In this document: positions 10,114 to 21,200 of the stretch, piece after piece
Numbering within the stretch: position 1 is the stretch's first letter
Layout: each line of letters opens with the position of its first letter
Assembly: GCF_963921235.1 (NCBI RefSeq)
Contig: NC_086097.1
Span: 174,160,001 to 174,224,000 of the forward strand
Direction of reading: 5' to 3'
From: Mobula hypostoma
Taxonomy: Eukaryota
DNA length: 64,000 nucleotides
Translations under genes and position numbers: made by a program
Notes under the pieces: model-generated
Databases searched by the model: none
Told to the model about the DNA's origin: nothing
The model's input: only the letters and a program-made list of their open reading frames with translations

Positions 10114-12370
10114 ATGTTTTGCTTTGCCTATGATGAGATGAATTATGCCAGGTACCTGTCCCCTTACTTTGCTCAGATGATGAACCTCCTAGAGAAGAAT
10201 CCTTCTACATATGAGGCCTTCAAGACAGGCCAATTCTCAGTACAGCTGTCAAGTAACAACCCCTTTGGGCAGATCCCTGTGGACCAGGGCTGCTGAAGCC
10301 ACAGTGAACAAAGACACACACAGACTCCTGGAGGCACATCACAGTTCAGCCTGAATGCTGGAGCTATCAAGCATTACGACATAACAGCTGAGCACCACAG
10401 TGCATTCCTGGGACAGTTAAGGGAGATGGTGCAAGGCAACAAATCAGAGCTTTGTCCTGTGGAGCTACAATGGCTAAGAATTCAGAAAGATGAGGAAGCA
10501 GTTTCAGCAGTGGTTAGCCTCATACATGAATGGGTCAACCCATTTGCAGAGAAGCGGGACCTCATTAGCATCTCTACGGCAAAGGCAGCCCCCAAGGACA
10601 TTGCCTCCGACCTGATGAAGGCATATGAGATTGGCGAGCAATGCTATGCAACCTTCAAGGATGAGAGACTAGAGGAAGACCCACCAGCAAAGAAATTCCA
10701 TGACCCAATGAAAACCAACAAGCTGAAAACATTCAGTGATATGTGTAAGAAGAGAGAAGTGAAATCAAATGGGAGGGCGATCATCTTGAAAGCAGACAGG
10801 TCTTTGTTTGGATGCATCATAGTGATGGCCCAAGGGCGCAGTCTACGTATGGAGGATATCCTTTTTCATTCCCTTGGATCATTGCCCTGGGCCCTGTCCA
10901 CAGCAGAAGGACTGCTGAGAAAGACAAATAAAGCTACTTTAGCCACAACCTTGAAGAAAAATGTACCAGTAGAAGAGCAACTCCCAGGAAACTCTGCTAC
11001 AGTAGATGGAATGAACTTGGTCCAAAGAATGTAAGGTGATCCAGTTCCTTTCAGAGATGTTGCCACAACAATGCTGGGTATGGCTCTGAGGGAAGGCAGT
11101 CAGAGTAGCAGAATCAATGTTGTGTTTGACACTTACAAGGAGAACTCTATAAAGAACAGTGAAAGATCTCTACGGGGTGAAGAGACTGGTCATGAGTTGC
11201 AAGGTACCACAGGCACACGGATGGTGAGGCAGTGAATGAGCTCTCTGACCAAAGTCAGTAACAAAAATAGTCTCTTTAACTTCATAGTCCATGAATGGAG
11301 GAAGGCGGAGTACAGAGCAAAGCTACAGGAGAAGTTCCTGTATGCAACTGTGAATGACAAATGTTACAGAATCACATCTCAAGACAATGAGGAGGTGTCA
11401 GCTTTTCAGTGTCAACAAGAAGAAGCAGATGGCCGCCTACCTCACCATGCTGCCCATGCCACAACAGAGGGATACCAATCTGTAGTGATCTGCTCAGAAG
11501 ACACAGATATCTTTATCATGTCTAGATTGAGGCCCAGTTGTTCCAGAAGTGTAGCACTAGAACCCGTGCAAGGCTTGGAGACATCAGGAAGTTTGCTGCC
11601 ATTGTTGGCATAGGGGTTTGTAGGGCTTTCATTGGGTTGCACGCATATACAGGATGTGACACTGTAAGCGCTTTTGCAGGCAAAGAGAAGAGGAATGCCC
11701 TAAAACTTCTGACCAGCAACAGGGAAACTCAGGACACATCCTCAGAGTTGGGTCAGGAATGGGACCTCTCCCCAGAACTGATGGACAAACTGGAGGCATT
11801 TACATGTCTCCTGTATGCCCCAAAAGCATTGACCACTAAGGTTAATGAGCTCAGGTATCACCTTTTCTGTGAGATAAAAGGTGATATGGAAAGTTATCAA
11901 CTTCCACCATGCACAGCGAGCCAACTATCAGGCTGATATATGGAGAAGATGTTTGGAGAAGGACCCACAAGTGCCAAGCCCTGTTGGCAGAGGATGGAAG
12001 ATGGAGAGAGAAGAGGAAGCTGAACAGTTGGATGGAAGGCCAGCCAGCACCCAATGCCATCTGGGATCTACTGGCCTGTAACTGTCCAAAAAAATGTTCA
12101 CTCCCAAGATGTATGTATGATAATTTACTAATTTTAACTATTTTTAATATTTGTAATCCAGGGAGTGTGAAGCGCAGAATCGAATATCACTGTGATGATT
12201 GTACGTTCTAGTACCAATTGTTTGGCGACTATAAAGTATGTGTGTTGCAAATGGCCTCAGGTGAACTGACGTGCAGACTGGCAGACTGTGAGAACCAGGC
12301 ATCCACCTCAGAGAGTGTAGAAAGTTCAGATGAAGACGTGGAAGACTTGGAAAATTATTATGATTGTTAA
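10114..12370 (+). pseudogene. Academ (AcademX-type) transposase/XPG-nuclease/Cys-finger ORF, 5'-truncated, with stops and frameshifts
   Basis: Stitched frames give NYARYL...FGQIPVDQ..EATVNKD (transposase C-terminal part), then VDGMNLVQ, VVFDTY, QEEADGRL.HHAAHA, VVICSEDTDIF and LHAYTGCDTVSAFAGK (XPG/FEN1-like nuclease with H3TH motif). It continues LPPC..HAQRANYQADIW...PSPVGRGW, then CNCPKKC...RCMC...*TD.CRLADCEN (Cys8-like finger), an acidic tail and TAA at 12368-12370. Confidence 0.8.
12117..12235 (+). mobile_element. 119-bp 5'-truncated retroposon tail inserted in the Academ Cys-finger
   Basis: Flanked by the direct repeat GTATGT (12111-12116 and 12236-12241) and ending in a CTATAAA polyA-signal-like tail. 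Removing it plus one repeat restores PRCMCVANGL. Confidence 0.75.
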
Positions 12371-13190
12371 TGGGTTATGAAAGTATGGAATGCAGTCTTT
12401 GATTAAGTATATTCATTTTACAACAAATGGGGCCTAGGTTATGGCTGTGTGGAACCCCACATTTGAATTACTGTACTGTAATTCCATATGCTATGAAAAA
12501 AGCTTAAGATTGTTTTGCATTTGATACAACAATATGGAAAATATCATGGCATTGATAAAACTCCAGAAAACTTTCCAAATGAGGTTTTTTACCTTTTGGG
12601 GGTGGGGTAACATTTTCTGCTGTACTGATGTTAATATGGAATATATACAAAAAATGATTACTTATTTGAATTCCTGAATAAATTCTCTACAAATCCATGT
12701 GATTATATGTGTCCTAGGGTTTTTATTGACTTTTCCAAAATAAACAACAGACAAATATTTTTCTAAAAATAAAATGATTCACTCTACTGAAATCGGGCAC
12801 TGTACTGCGAGTGCCACCAATGAAATAGTTTTCAATGTAGGATTTTATAACAACGTTTGATGAAAAGTGCTTGAACTCAGCTATCATTGTGACAGATCTC
12901 AATGTTGAGGGATCACTGATGACAAAGTACCACCAGGTTGAATATATATGTTGTACTTTATATTGGCCACTTTTCAGAAATGCTTATTTTAGGGTAGTGT
13001 TATAAAATGCATGATAGCACACATAAAGCTATCACTGGTACAATGCTATCACATATTTTCTAACTCCAGAGATGTATACCTTGCCAAAAATCACTATGAG
13101 CAATATTCCCCTCAGATGGTACCGACTGTCACAAAAAACTGTGGGTCAATTGTTTAAGAAAAATAACCAGATGGCTTGCGTCACAAAAAT

Positions 13191-13210
13191 AAACAAACAA
13201 ACAAACAAAT
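13191..13210 (+). repeat. (AAAC)4 microsatellite
   Basis: AAACAAACAAACAAACAAAT; the same site is (AAAC)9 in copy 2. Confidence 0.9.
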
Positions 13211-13599
13211 AAATATATATCCACTCTCAGACTAAACACAAAAGAAAACTAACCCCAAAGCCTTGGTAACTTGAGGCTTATAACCGCTAAGCCCCTCCCC
13301 CTAGACCAACCAAAAACTAATTAACTCAATTATCCAATTAAAGATGGTATCCTCCACATCAGCACACCTGTGCAGGTTGCTGCTGCCTCCAGATGAGACA
13401 GCTCCATGCAGCAACTGTTTCAGATCCAGTCACTATTACTACTGGGGATGTGTTTTATCGAGTGCCCCATGTGCTGTCCGTAATCAGTGACGGGCCTTTG
13501 TCACACTGACCAACCCTACTGGCTCACGGACCATTGAGCTGTTCTTAGCCACACAATCATGAGTATAGTGAGAGTAGAGCAGTGGGTTTAGCATACATG

Positions 13600-14230
13600 C
13601 TAGAGGTGTGCCTTGTTAAGGTCACACTTCAAGAACTGTGTACAGTTTTGGTCTCCTTGTGTAAGAAAGTATGTACTGTCAGAGGGGGAGTCCATGGAAG
13701 ATTCACCAGACTGGTTCCAAGGATGGCAGGGAATAAGGAAACATTGAGTATGCTAGAATTATATTCTCAAAAGATTAGGAGAATGAGATATCTGAAAATT
13801 TCTGAAAAGGCTCAACAGTTATGGGGAGGATATTTGTGACTGAGGAGACTGGGGTCAGGGAATGCAGTTTGAGAAGATTCAGCAGGCTGTTAAATTTTTT
13901 CCATTGAGAGTATGATGAATCTGTAGCATTCTCTGTCCTTGGAAGGTTGTGGAGACTTGGCCAACAAAATCATTCAAAGTAGTAGATCAGTAGGATTTCT
14001 GCATATTCTGAATATTGTGATGGTGGAAGAAAATGGCACTGAGGTAGAGCATAGAATTGTGTAACACAGGACAGGAACAGGTTCTTTGTCCCAAGATATT
14101 GTCCCGAGCTAATATAGGTAATGTCTAATTAAATTAATCCCTTCTTCCTACACATTAGATGACAAGATTAGCCATGATTTTGTTAATAGCAAAGTGAGTT
14201 TGAAAGACTGGAGAATCTTTTCTTCCTCTT
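13600..14230 (+). mobile_element. Old degraded CR1-type LINE 3' portion
   Basis: LVKVTLQ..CTVLVS...VHGRFTRLVPRMAG...LELYS resembles CR1 LVRPHLEYC..FW...VQRRFTRLIPGM. Downstream is ATGATGAATCTGTAGCATTCTCTGTCC and a TCTTATTTCTTAT tail. Confidence 0.7.
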
Positions 14231-14897
14231 ATTTCTTATATTTATGTGATTAAAAATAGTAAGTACTGTAAATACTCTGCAGGTCAGGCAACATCTTTGG
14301 AGAGTGAAATGGAGTCACCATCCTGAAATATTGCTTCCATAATATTTTGTTGAGACAAGTGAGCTTTATTTGGAGTCTGTAGATTCCAGTTAAGATTGGT
14401 TTCAGTTATTAGTTTCTGGTTGTTGCTTAAAATGCTTCATTTGTTAATTCAACATTGTATGTAACTCTTCCCATAAGTGCATAGCCCTGCTGTGAATTTT
14501 TTCTTGACATTAAGAAAGTTTCATTGTCCCAATTTGGGTTACAAGTGGATAACAACCTCTGAATGTAGAAATAAAGGATTCTTAATCATGTTTCATTTTT
14601 TTAGAGGCTAAAAGAATAAAATAAATTATGAGCTATAAATTATCAACAATTCCTTATTTTTTTTGTTGGCATTCATACATTGTGATGATTTTTTTCAATT
14701 GACACTGTTTTAGTAAAGATAATTATTGTTGTACATGATGGAAAACATATTGTTTAGTTGAGAATTGATAGTTATGAATTGTTGCAGGAATTTCTATTAC
14801 ATTGGAATTTGGTTCCATGCAAAATTGCCTCTGAATAGAATATTAATATTAACCATTGCCTTAAATATTGCAAATGCAATTTAGCTATATATTTCAC

Positions 14898-15220
14898 AGA
14901 TGGTTCCTGTGCACAATGCTCCCACAATCTTCTGGAAAGCTCATGAAACTTCATTTCACTTTTGTCATGAGGTCTAAGTCTAGTTGTGTTCTGGAACTGT
15001 TGGAGCCTGTGATTTGCAGTTTGGAGATTGTTTGGGGGGGTCATTGCTTTGCTATCTCTGAGCGGATTCTGGGAGGTCGAGGCAGTAAGCGCGAACCTCA
15101 TGGTGAGAAGACTGCGGGACGGGCGCAAGCTAATTGAAGCTTCCATTGTCCGCTGATTAAAGCAATGAGGGAGATTGAAAGATTGAGGTGAATGCCGAAG
15201 TGGAGCGCCAGCTGCCTGTC
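14898..15220 (+). mobile_element. CpG-rich retroelement-like head running directly into the 48-bp array
   Basis: There is an abrupt switch from AT-rich DNA at AGATGGTTCCTGTG to GC/CpG-rich sequence that merges into the first repeat unit. Family unknown. Confidence 0.4.
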
Positions 15221-18200
15221 TTCTGACCGCTGGTGGGATTGCTCTGCTACTAGAGAGGGTAAACTGCCTTCTGATTGCTGGTGGGATTACTCTGCTACGA
15301 GAGAGGGTAAATTGCCTTCTGACCACTGGTGGGATTGCTCTGCTACCAGAGAGGGTAAACTGCCTTCTGATTGCTGGTGGGATTGCTCTGCTACCAGAGA
15401 GGGTAAATTCCCTTCTGATTGCTGGTGGGATTGCTTTGCTAACAGAGAGGGTAAATTGCCTTCTGATTGCTGGTGGGATTGCTCTGCTACCAAAGAGGGT
15501 AAATTGCTTTCTGATTGCAGGTGGGATTGCTCTGCTACCAGAGAGGGTAAATTGCCTTCTGACCACTGGTGGGATTGCTCTGCTACCAGAGAGGGTAAAT
15601 TGCCTTCTGATTGCTGGTGGGATTGCTCTGCTACCAGAGAGGGTAAATTGCCTTCTGACCACTGGTGGGATTGCTCTGCTACCAGAGAGGGTAAATTGCC
15701 TTCTGATTGCTGGTGGGATTGCTCTGCTACCAAAGACGGTAAATTGCTTTCTGATTGCAGGTGGGATTGCTCTGCTACCAGAGAGGGTAAATTGCCTTCT
15801 GACCACTGGTGGGATTGCTCTGCTACCAGAGAGGGTAAATTGCCTTCTGATTGCTGGTGGGATTGCTCTGCTACCAGAGAGGGTAAATTGCCTTCTGATT
15901 GCTGGTGGGATTGCTTTGCTAACAGAGAGGGTAAATTGCCTTCTGATTGCTGGTGGGATTGCTCTGCTACCAAAGAGGGTAAATTGCTTTCTGATTGCAG
16001 GTGGGATTGCTCTGCTACCAGAGAGGGTAAATTGCCTTCTGACCACTGGTGGGATTGCTCTGCTACCAGAGAGGGTAAATTGCCTTCTGATTGCTGGTGG
16101 GATTGCTCTGCTACGAGAGAGGGTAAATTGCCTTCTGACCACTGGTGGGATTGCTCTGCTACCAGAGAGGGTAAATTGCCTTCTGATTGCTGGTGGGATT
16201 GCTCTGCTACCAGAGAGGGTAAATTGCCTTCTGATTGCTGGTGGGATTGCTTTGCTAACAGAGAGGGTAAATTGCCTTCTGATTGCTGGTGGGATTGCTC
16301 TGCTACCAAAGAGGGTAAATTGCTTTCTGATTGCTGGTGGGATTGCTCTGCTACCAGAGAGGGTAAATTGCCTTCTGACCACTGGTGGGATTGCTCTGCT
16401 ACCAGAGAGGGTAAATTGCCTTCTGATTGCTGGTGGGATTGCTCTGCTACCAGAGAGGGTAAACTGCCTTCTGATTGCTGGTGGGATTGCTCTGCTACGA
16501 GAGAGGGTAAATTGCCTTCTGATTGCTGGTGGGATTGCTCTGCTACCAGAGAGGGTAAATTGCCTTCTGATTGCTGGTGGGATTGCTCTGCTACCAGAGA
16601 GGGTAAATTGCCTTCTGATTGCTGGTGGGATTGCTCTGCTACCAGAGAGGGTAAATTGCCTTCTGATTGCTGGTGGGATTGCTCTGCTACCAGAGAGGGT
16701 AAATTGCCTTCTGACCACTGGTGGGATTGCTCTGCTACCAGAGAGGGTAAATTGCCTTCTGATTGCTGGTGGGATTGCTCTGCTACCAGAGAGGGTAAAC
16801 TGCCTTCTGATTGCTGGTGGGATTACTCTGCTACGAGAGAGGGTAAATTGCCTTCTGACCACTGGTGGGATTGCTCTGCTACCAGAGAGGGTAAATTGCC
16901 TTCTAATTGCTGGTGGGATTGCTCTGCTACCAGAGAGGGTAAACTGCCTTCTGACCACTGGTGGGATTGCTCTGCTACCAGAGAGGGTAAATTGCCTTCT
17001 GATTGCTGGTGGGATTGCTGTGCTACCAGAGAGGGTAAATTGCCTTCTGATTGCTGGTGGGATTGCTCTGCGACCAGAGAGGGTAAATTGCCTTCTGATT
17101 GCTGGTGAGATTGCTCTGCTACTGGAGTGGAGGGACTGCTTTCTGATTGCTGGTGGGATTGCACTGCTACCAGAGAGGGTAAACTGCCTTCTGATTGCTG
17201 GTGGGATTCCTCTGCTACCAGAGAGGGTAAATTGCCTTCTGATTGCTGCTGGGATTGCTCTGCTACCAGAGAGGGTAAATTGCCTTCTAATTGCTGGTGG
17301 GATTGCTCTGCTACCAGAGAGGGTAAATTGCCTTCTGATTGCTGGTGGGATTGCTCTGCTACCAGAGAGGGTAAATTGCCTTCTGATTGCTGGTGGGATT
17401 GCTCTGCTACCAGAGAGGGTAAATTGCTTTCTGATTGCTGGTGGGATTGCTCTGCTACGAGAGAGGGTAAATTGCCTTCTGACCACTGGTGGGATTGCTC
17501 TGCTACCAGAGAGGGTAAATTGCCTTCTAATTGCTGGTGGGATTGCTCTGCTACCAGAGAGGGTAAATTGCCTTCTGATAGCTGGTGGGATTGCTCTGCT
17601 AACAGAGAGGGTAAATTGCCTTCTAATTGCTGGTGGGATTGCTCTGCTACCAGAGAGGGTAAACTGCCTTCTGACCACTGGTGGGATTGCTCTGCTACGA
17701 GAGAGGGTAAATTGCCTTCTAATTGCTGGTGGGATTGCTCTGCTACCAGAGAGGGTAAACTGCCTTCTGACCACTGGTGGGATTGCTCTGCTACCAAAGA
17801 GGGTAAATTGCCTTCTGATTGCTGGTGGGATTGCTCTGCTAACAGAGAGGGTAAATTGCCTTCTGATTGCTGGTGGGATTGCTGTGCTACCAGAGAGGGT
17901 AAATTGCCTTCTGATTGCTGGTGGGATTGCTCTGCGACCAGAGAGGGTAAATTGCCTTCTGATTGCTGGTGAGATTGCTCTGCTACTGGAGTGGAGGGAC
18001 TGCTTTCTGATTGCTGGTGGGATTGCTCTGCTACCAGAGAGGGTAAATTGCTTTCTGATTGCTGGTGGGATTGCACTGCTACCAGAGAGGGTAAACTGCC
18101 TTCTGATTGCTGGTGGGATTCCTCTGCTACCAGAGAGGGTAAATTGCCTTCTGATTGCTGCTGGGATTGCTCTGCTACCAGAGAGGGTAAATTGCCTTCT

Positions 18201-21200
18201 AATTGCTGGTGGGATTGCTCTGCTACCAGAGAGGGTAAATTGCCTTCTGATTGCTGGTGGGATTGCTCTGCTACCAGAGAGGGTAAACTGCCTTCTGGTT
18301 GCTGGTGGGATTGCTCTGCTACGAGAGAGGGTAAATTGCCTTCTGACCACTGGTGGGATTGCTCTGCTAACAGAGAGGGTAAATTGCCTTTGAATTGCTG
18401 GTGGGATTGCTCTGCTACCAGAGAGGGTAAACTGCCTTCTGACCACTGGTGGGATTGCTCTGCTACCACAGAGGGTAAATTGCTTTCTGATTGCTGGTGG
18501 GATTGCTCTGCTACGAGAGAGGGTAAATTGCCTTCTGACCACTGGTGGGATTGCTCTGCTACCAGAGAGGGTAAATTGCCTTCTAATTGCTGGTGGGATT
18601 GCTCTGCTACCAGAGAGGGTAAATTGCCTTCTGATAGCTGGTGGGATTGCTCTGCTAACAGAGAGGGTAAATTGCCTTCTAATTGCTGGTGGGATTGCTC
18701 TGCGACCAGAGAGGGTAAACTGCCTTCTGACCACTGGTGGGATTGCTCTGCTACGAGAGAGGGTAAATTGCCTTCTAATTGCTGGTGGGATTGCTCTGCT
18801 ACCAGAGAGGGTAAACTGCCTTCTGACCACTGGTGGGATTGCTCTGCTACCAAAGAGGGTAAATTGCCTTCTGATTGCTGGTGGGATTGCTCTGCTAACA
18901 GAGAGGGTAAATTGCCTTCTGATTGCTGGTGGGATTGCTGTGCTACCAGAGAGGGTAAATTGCCTTCTGATTGCTGGTGGGATTGCTCTGCGACCAGAGA
19001 GGGTAAATTGCCTTCTGATTGCTGGTGAGATTGCTCTGCTACTGGAGTGGAGGGACTGCTTTCTGATTGCTGGTGGGATTGCTCTGCTACCAGAGAGGGT
19101 AAATTGCTTTCTGATTGCTGGTGGGATTGCACTGCTACCAGAGAGGGTAAACTGCCTTCTGATTGCTGGTGGGATTGCTCTGCTACCAGAGAGGGTAAAT
19201 TGCCTTCTGATTGCTGGTGGGATTGCTCTGCTACCAGAGAGGGTAAATTGCCTTCTAATTGCTGGTGGGATTGCTCTGCTACCAGAGAGGGTAAATTGCC
19301 TTCTGATTGCTGGTGGGATTGCTCTGCTACCAGAGAGGGTAAACTGCCTTCTGACCACTGGTGGGATTGCTCTGCTACCAAAGAGGGTAAATTGCCTTCT
19401 GATTGCTGGTGGGATTGCTGTGCTACCAGAGAGGGTAAATTGCCTTCTGATTGCTGGTGGGATTGCTCTGCGACCAGAGAGGGTAAATTGCCTTCTGATT
19501 GCTGGTGAGATTGCTCTGCTACTGGAGAGGAGGGACTGCTTTCTGATTGCTGGTGGGATTGCTCTGCTACCAGAGAGGGTAAATTGCTTTCTGATTGCTG
19601 GTGGGATTGCACTGCTACCAGAGAGGGTAAACTGCCTTCTGATTGCTGGTGGGATTGCTCTGCTACCAGGGAGGGTAAACTGCCTTCTGATTGCTGCTCG
19701 GATTGCTCTGCTACCAGAGAGGGTAATTTGCCTTCTGATTGCTGGTGGGATTGCTCTGCGACCAGCGAGAGTAAATTGTCTTCTGATTGCTGGTGGGATT
19801 GCTCTGCTACAAGAGAGGGTAAATTGCCTTCTGATTGCTGGTGGGATTGCTGTGCTACCAGAGAGGGTATATTGCCTTCGAATTGCTGGTGGGATTGCTC
19901 TGCTACCAGAGAGGGTAAATTGCCTTCTGATTGCTGGTGGGATTGCTCTGCTGCTGGAGAAGGGAGACTCGTTTCTGATTGCTGGTGGGATTGCTCTGCT
20001 ACCAGAGAGGGTAAATTGCCTTCTGATTGCTGGTGGGATTGTTGTGCTGCTGGAGAGGAGGGACTGCTTTCTGATTGCTGGTGGGATTGCTCTGCTGCTG
20101 GAGAGGGGGGATTGCTTTCAGATTGCTGGTGGGATTGCTCTGCTACCAGAGAGGGTAAATTGCCTTCTGATTGCTGGTGGGATTGCTCTGCTGCTGGAGA
20201 AGGGAGACTCGTTTCTGATTGCTGGTGGGATTGCTCTGCTACCAGAGAGGGTAAATTGCCTTCTGATGGCTGGTGGGATTGCTCTGCTACCAAACAAGGT
20301 AAATTGCCTTCTGATTGCTGGTGGGATTGTTGTGCTGCTGGAGAGGAGGGACTGCTTTCTGATTGCTGGTGGGATTGCTCTGCTGCTGGAGAGGGGGGAT
20401 TGCTTTCAGATTGCTGGTGGGATTGCTCTGCTACCAGAGAGGGTAAATTGCCTTCTGATTGCTGGTGGGATTGCTCTGCTACCAGAGAGGGTAAACTGCC
20501 TTCTGACCACTGGTGCGATTCCTCTGCTACCAGAGAGGGCAAATTGCCTTCTGATTGCTGGTGGGATTGCTCTGCTGCTGGAGACAGGGGAGTGCTTTCT
20601 GATTGCTGGCGGGATTGCTTTGCTACTGGAGAGGGGGGACTGCTTTCTGATTACTGGTGGGATTGCTCTGCGACCAGAGAGGGTAAATTACCTTCTGATT
20701 GCTGGTGGGATTGCTCTACTACCAAAGAAGGCAAATTGCCTGCTGATTGCTGGTGGGATTGCTGTGCTGCTGGAGAGGAGGGACTGCTTTATGATTGCTG
20801 GTGGGATTGCTGTGCCACTGGAGAGGGTAAATTGCCTTCTGATTGCTGGTGGGATTGCTCTGCTACCAGAGAGGGTAAACTTCCTTCTGACCACTGGTGC
20901 GATTGCTCTGCTACCAGAGAGGGTAAATTGCCTTCTGATAGCTGGTGGGATTGCTCTGCTAACAGAGAGGGTAAATTGCCTTCTAATTGCTGGTGGGATT
21001 GCTCTGCTACCAGAGAGGGTAAACTGCCTTCTGACCACTGGTGGGATTGCTCTGCTACGAGAGAGGGTAAATTGCCTTCTGATTGCTGGTGGGATTGCTC
21101 TGCTACCAGAGAGGGTAAACTGCCTTCTGATTGCTGGTGGGATTGCTCTGCTACCAAAGAGGGTAAATTGCCTTCTGATTGCTGGTGGGATTGCTGTGCT

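Larger units (their letters stand above)
10114..13303 (+). mobile_element. Right-hand part of an Academ DNA transposon, including the AT-rich 3' non-coding region and a possible terminus
   Basis: The ORF relic above plus ~930 bp of 3' sequence ending ...CCGCTAAGCCCCTCCCCCTA (TAGGGGGAGG on the minus strand). The terminus is inferred because the left end is missing, so no TIR pair can be checked. Confidence 0.55.

Noticed and set aside
10426..11936. Host FEN1/XPG/GEN1/asteroid-like nuclease gene or tesmin CXC protein
   Set aside because: The region is intronless and disrupted, and is fused to transposase-like upstream motifs and a terminal Cys finger. That architecture fits an Academ transposon rather than a cellular gene.
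14772..19358. 1528-aa minus-strand ORF, and the similar giant ORFs such as 41901-46880, as real genes
   Set aside because: They are pure 16-aa periodic products of the 48-bp repeat. Most have non-ATG starts inside the array, and the unique C-terminus differs between the copies because of a 13-bp frameshifting indel.
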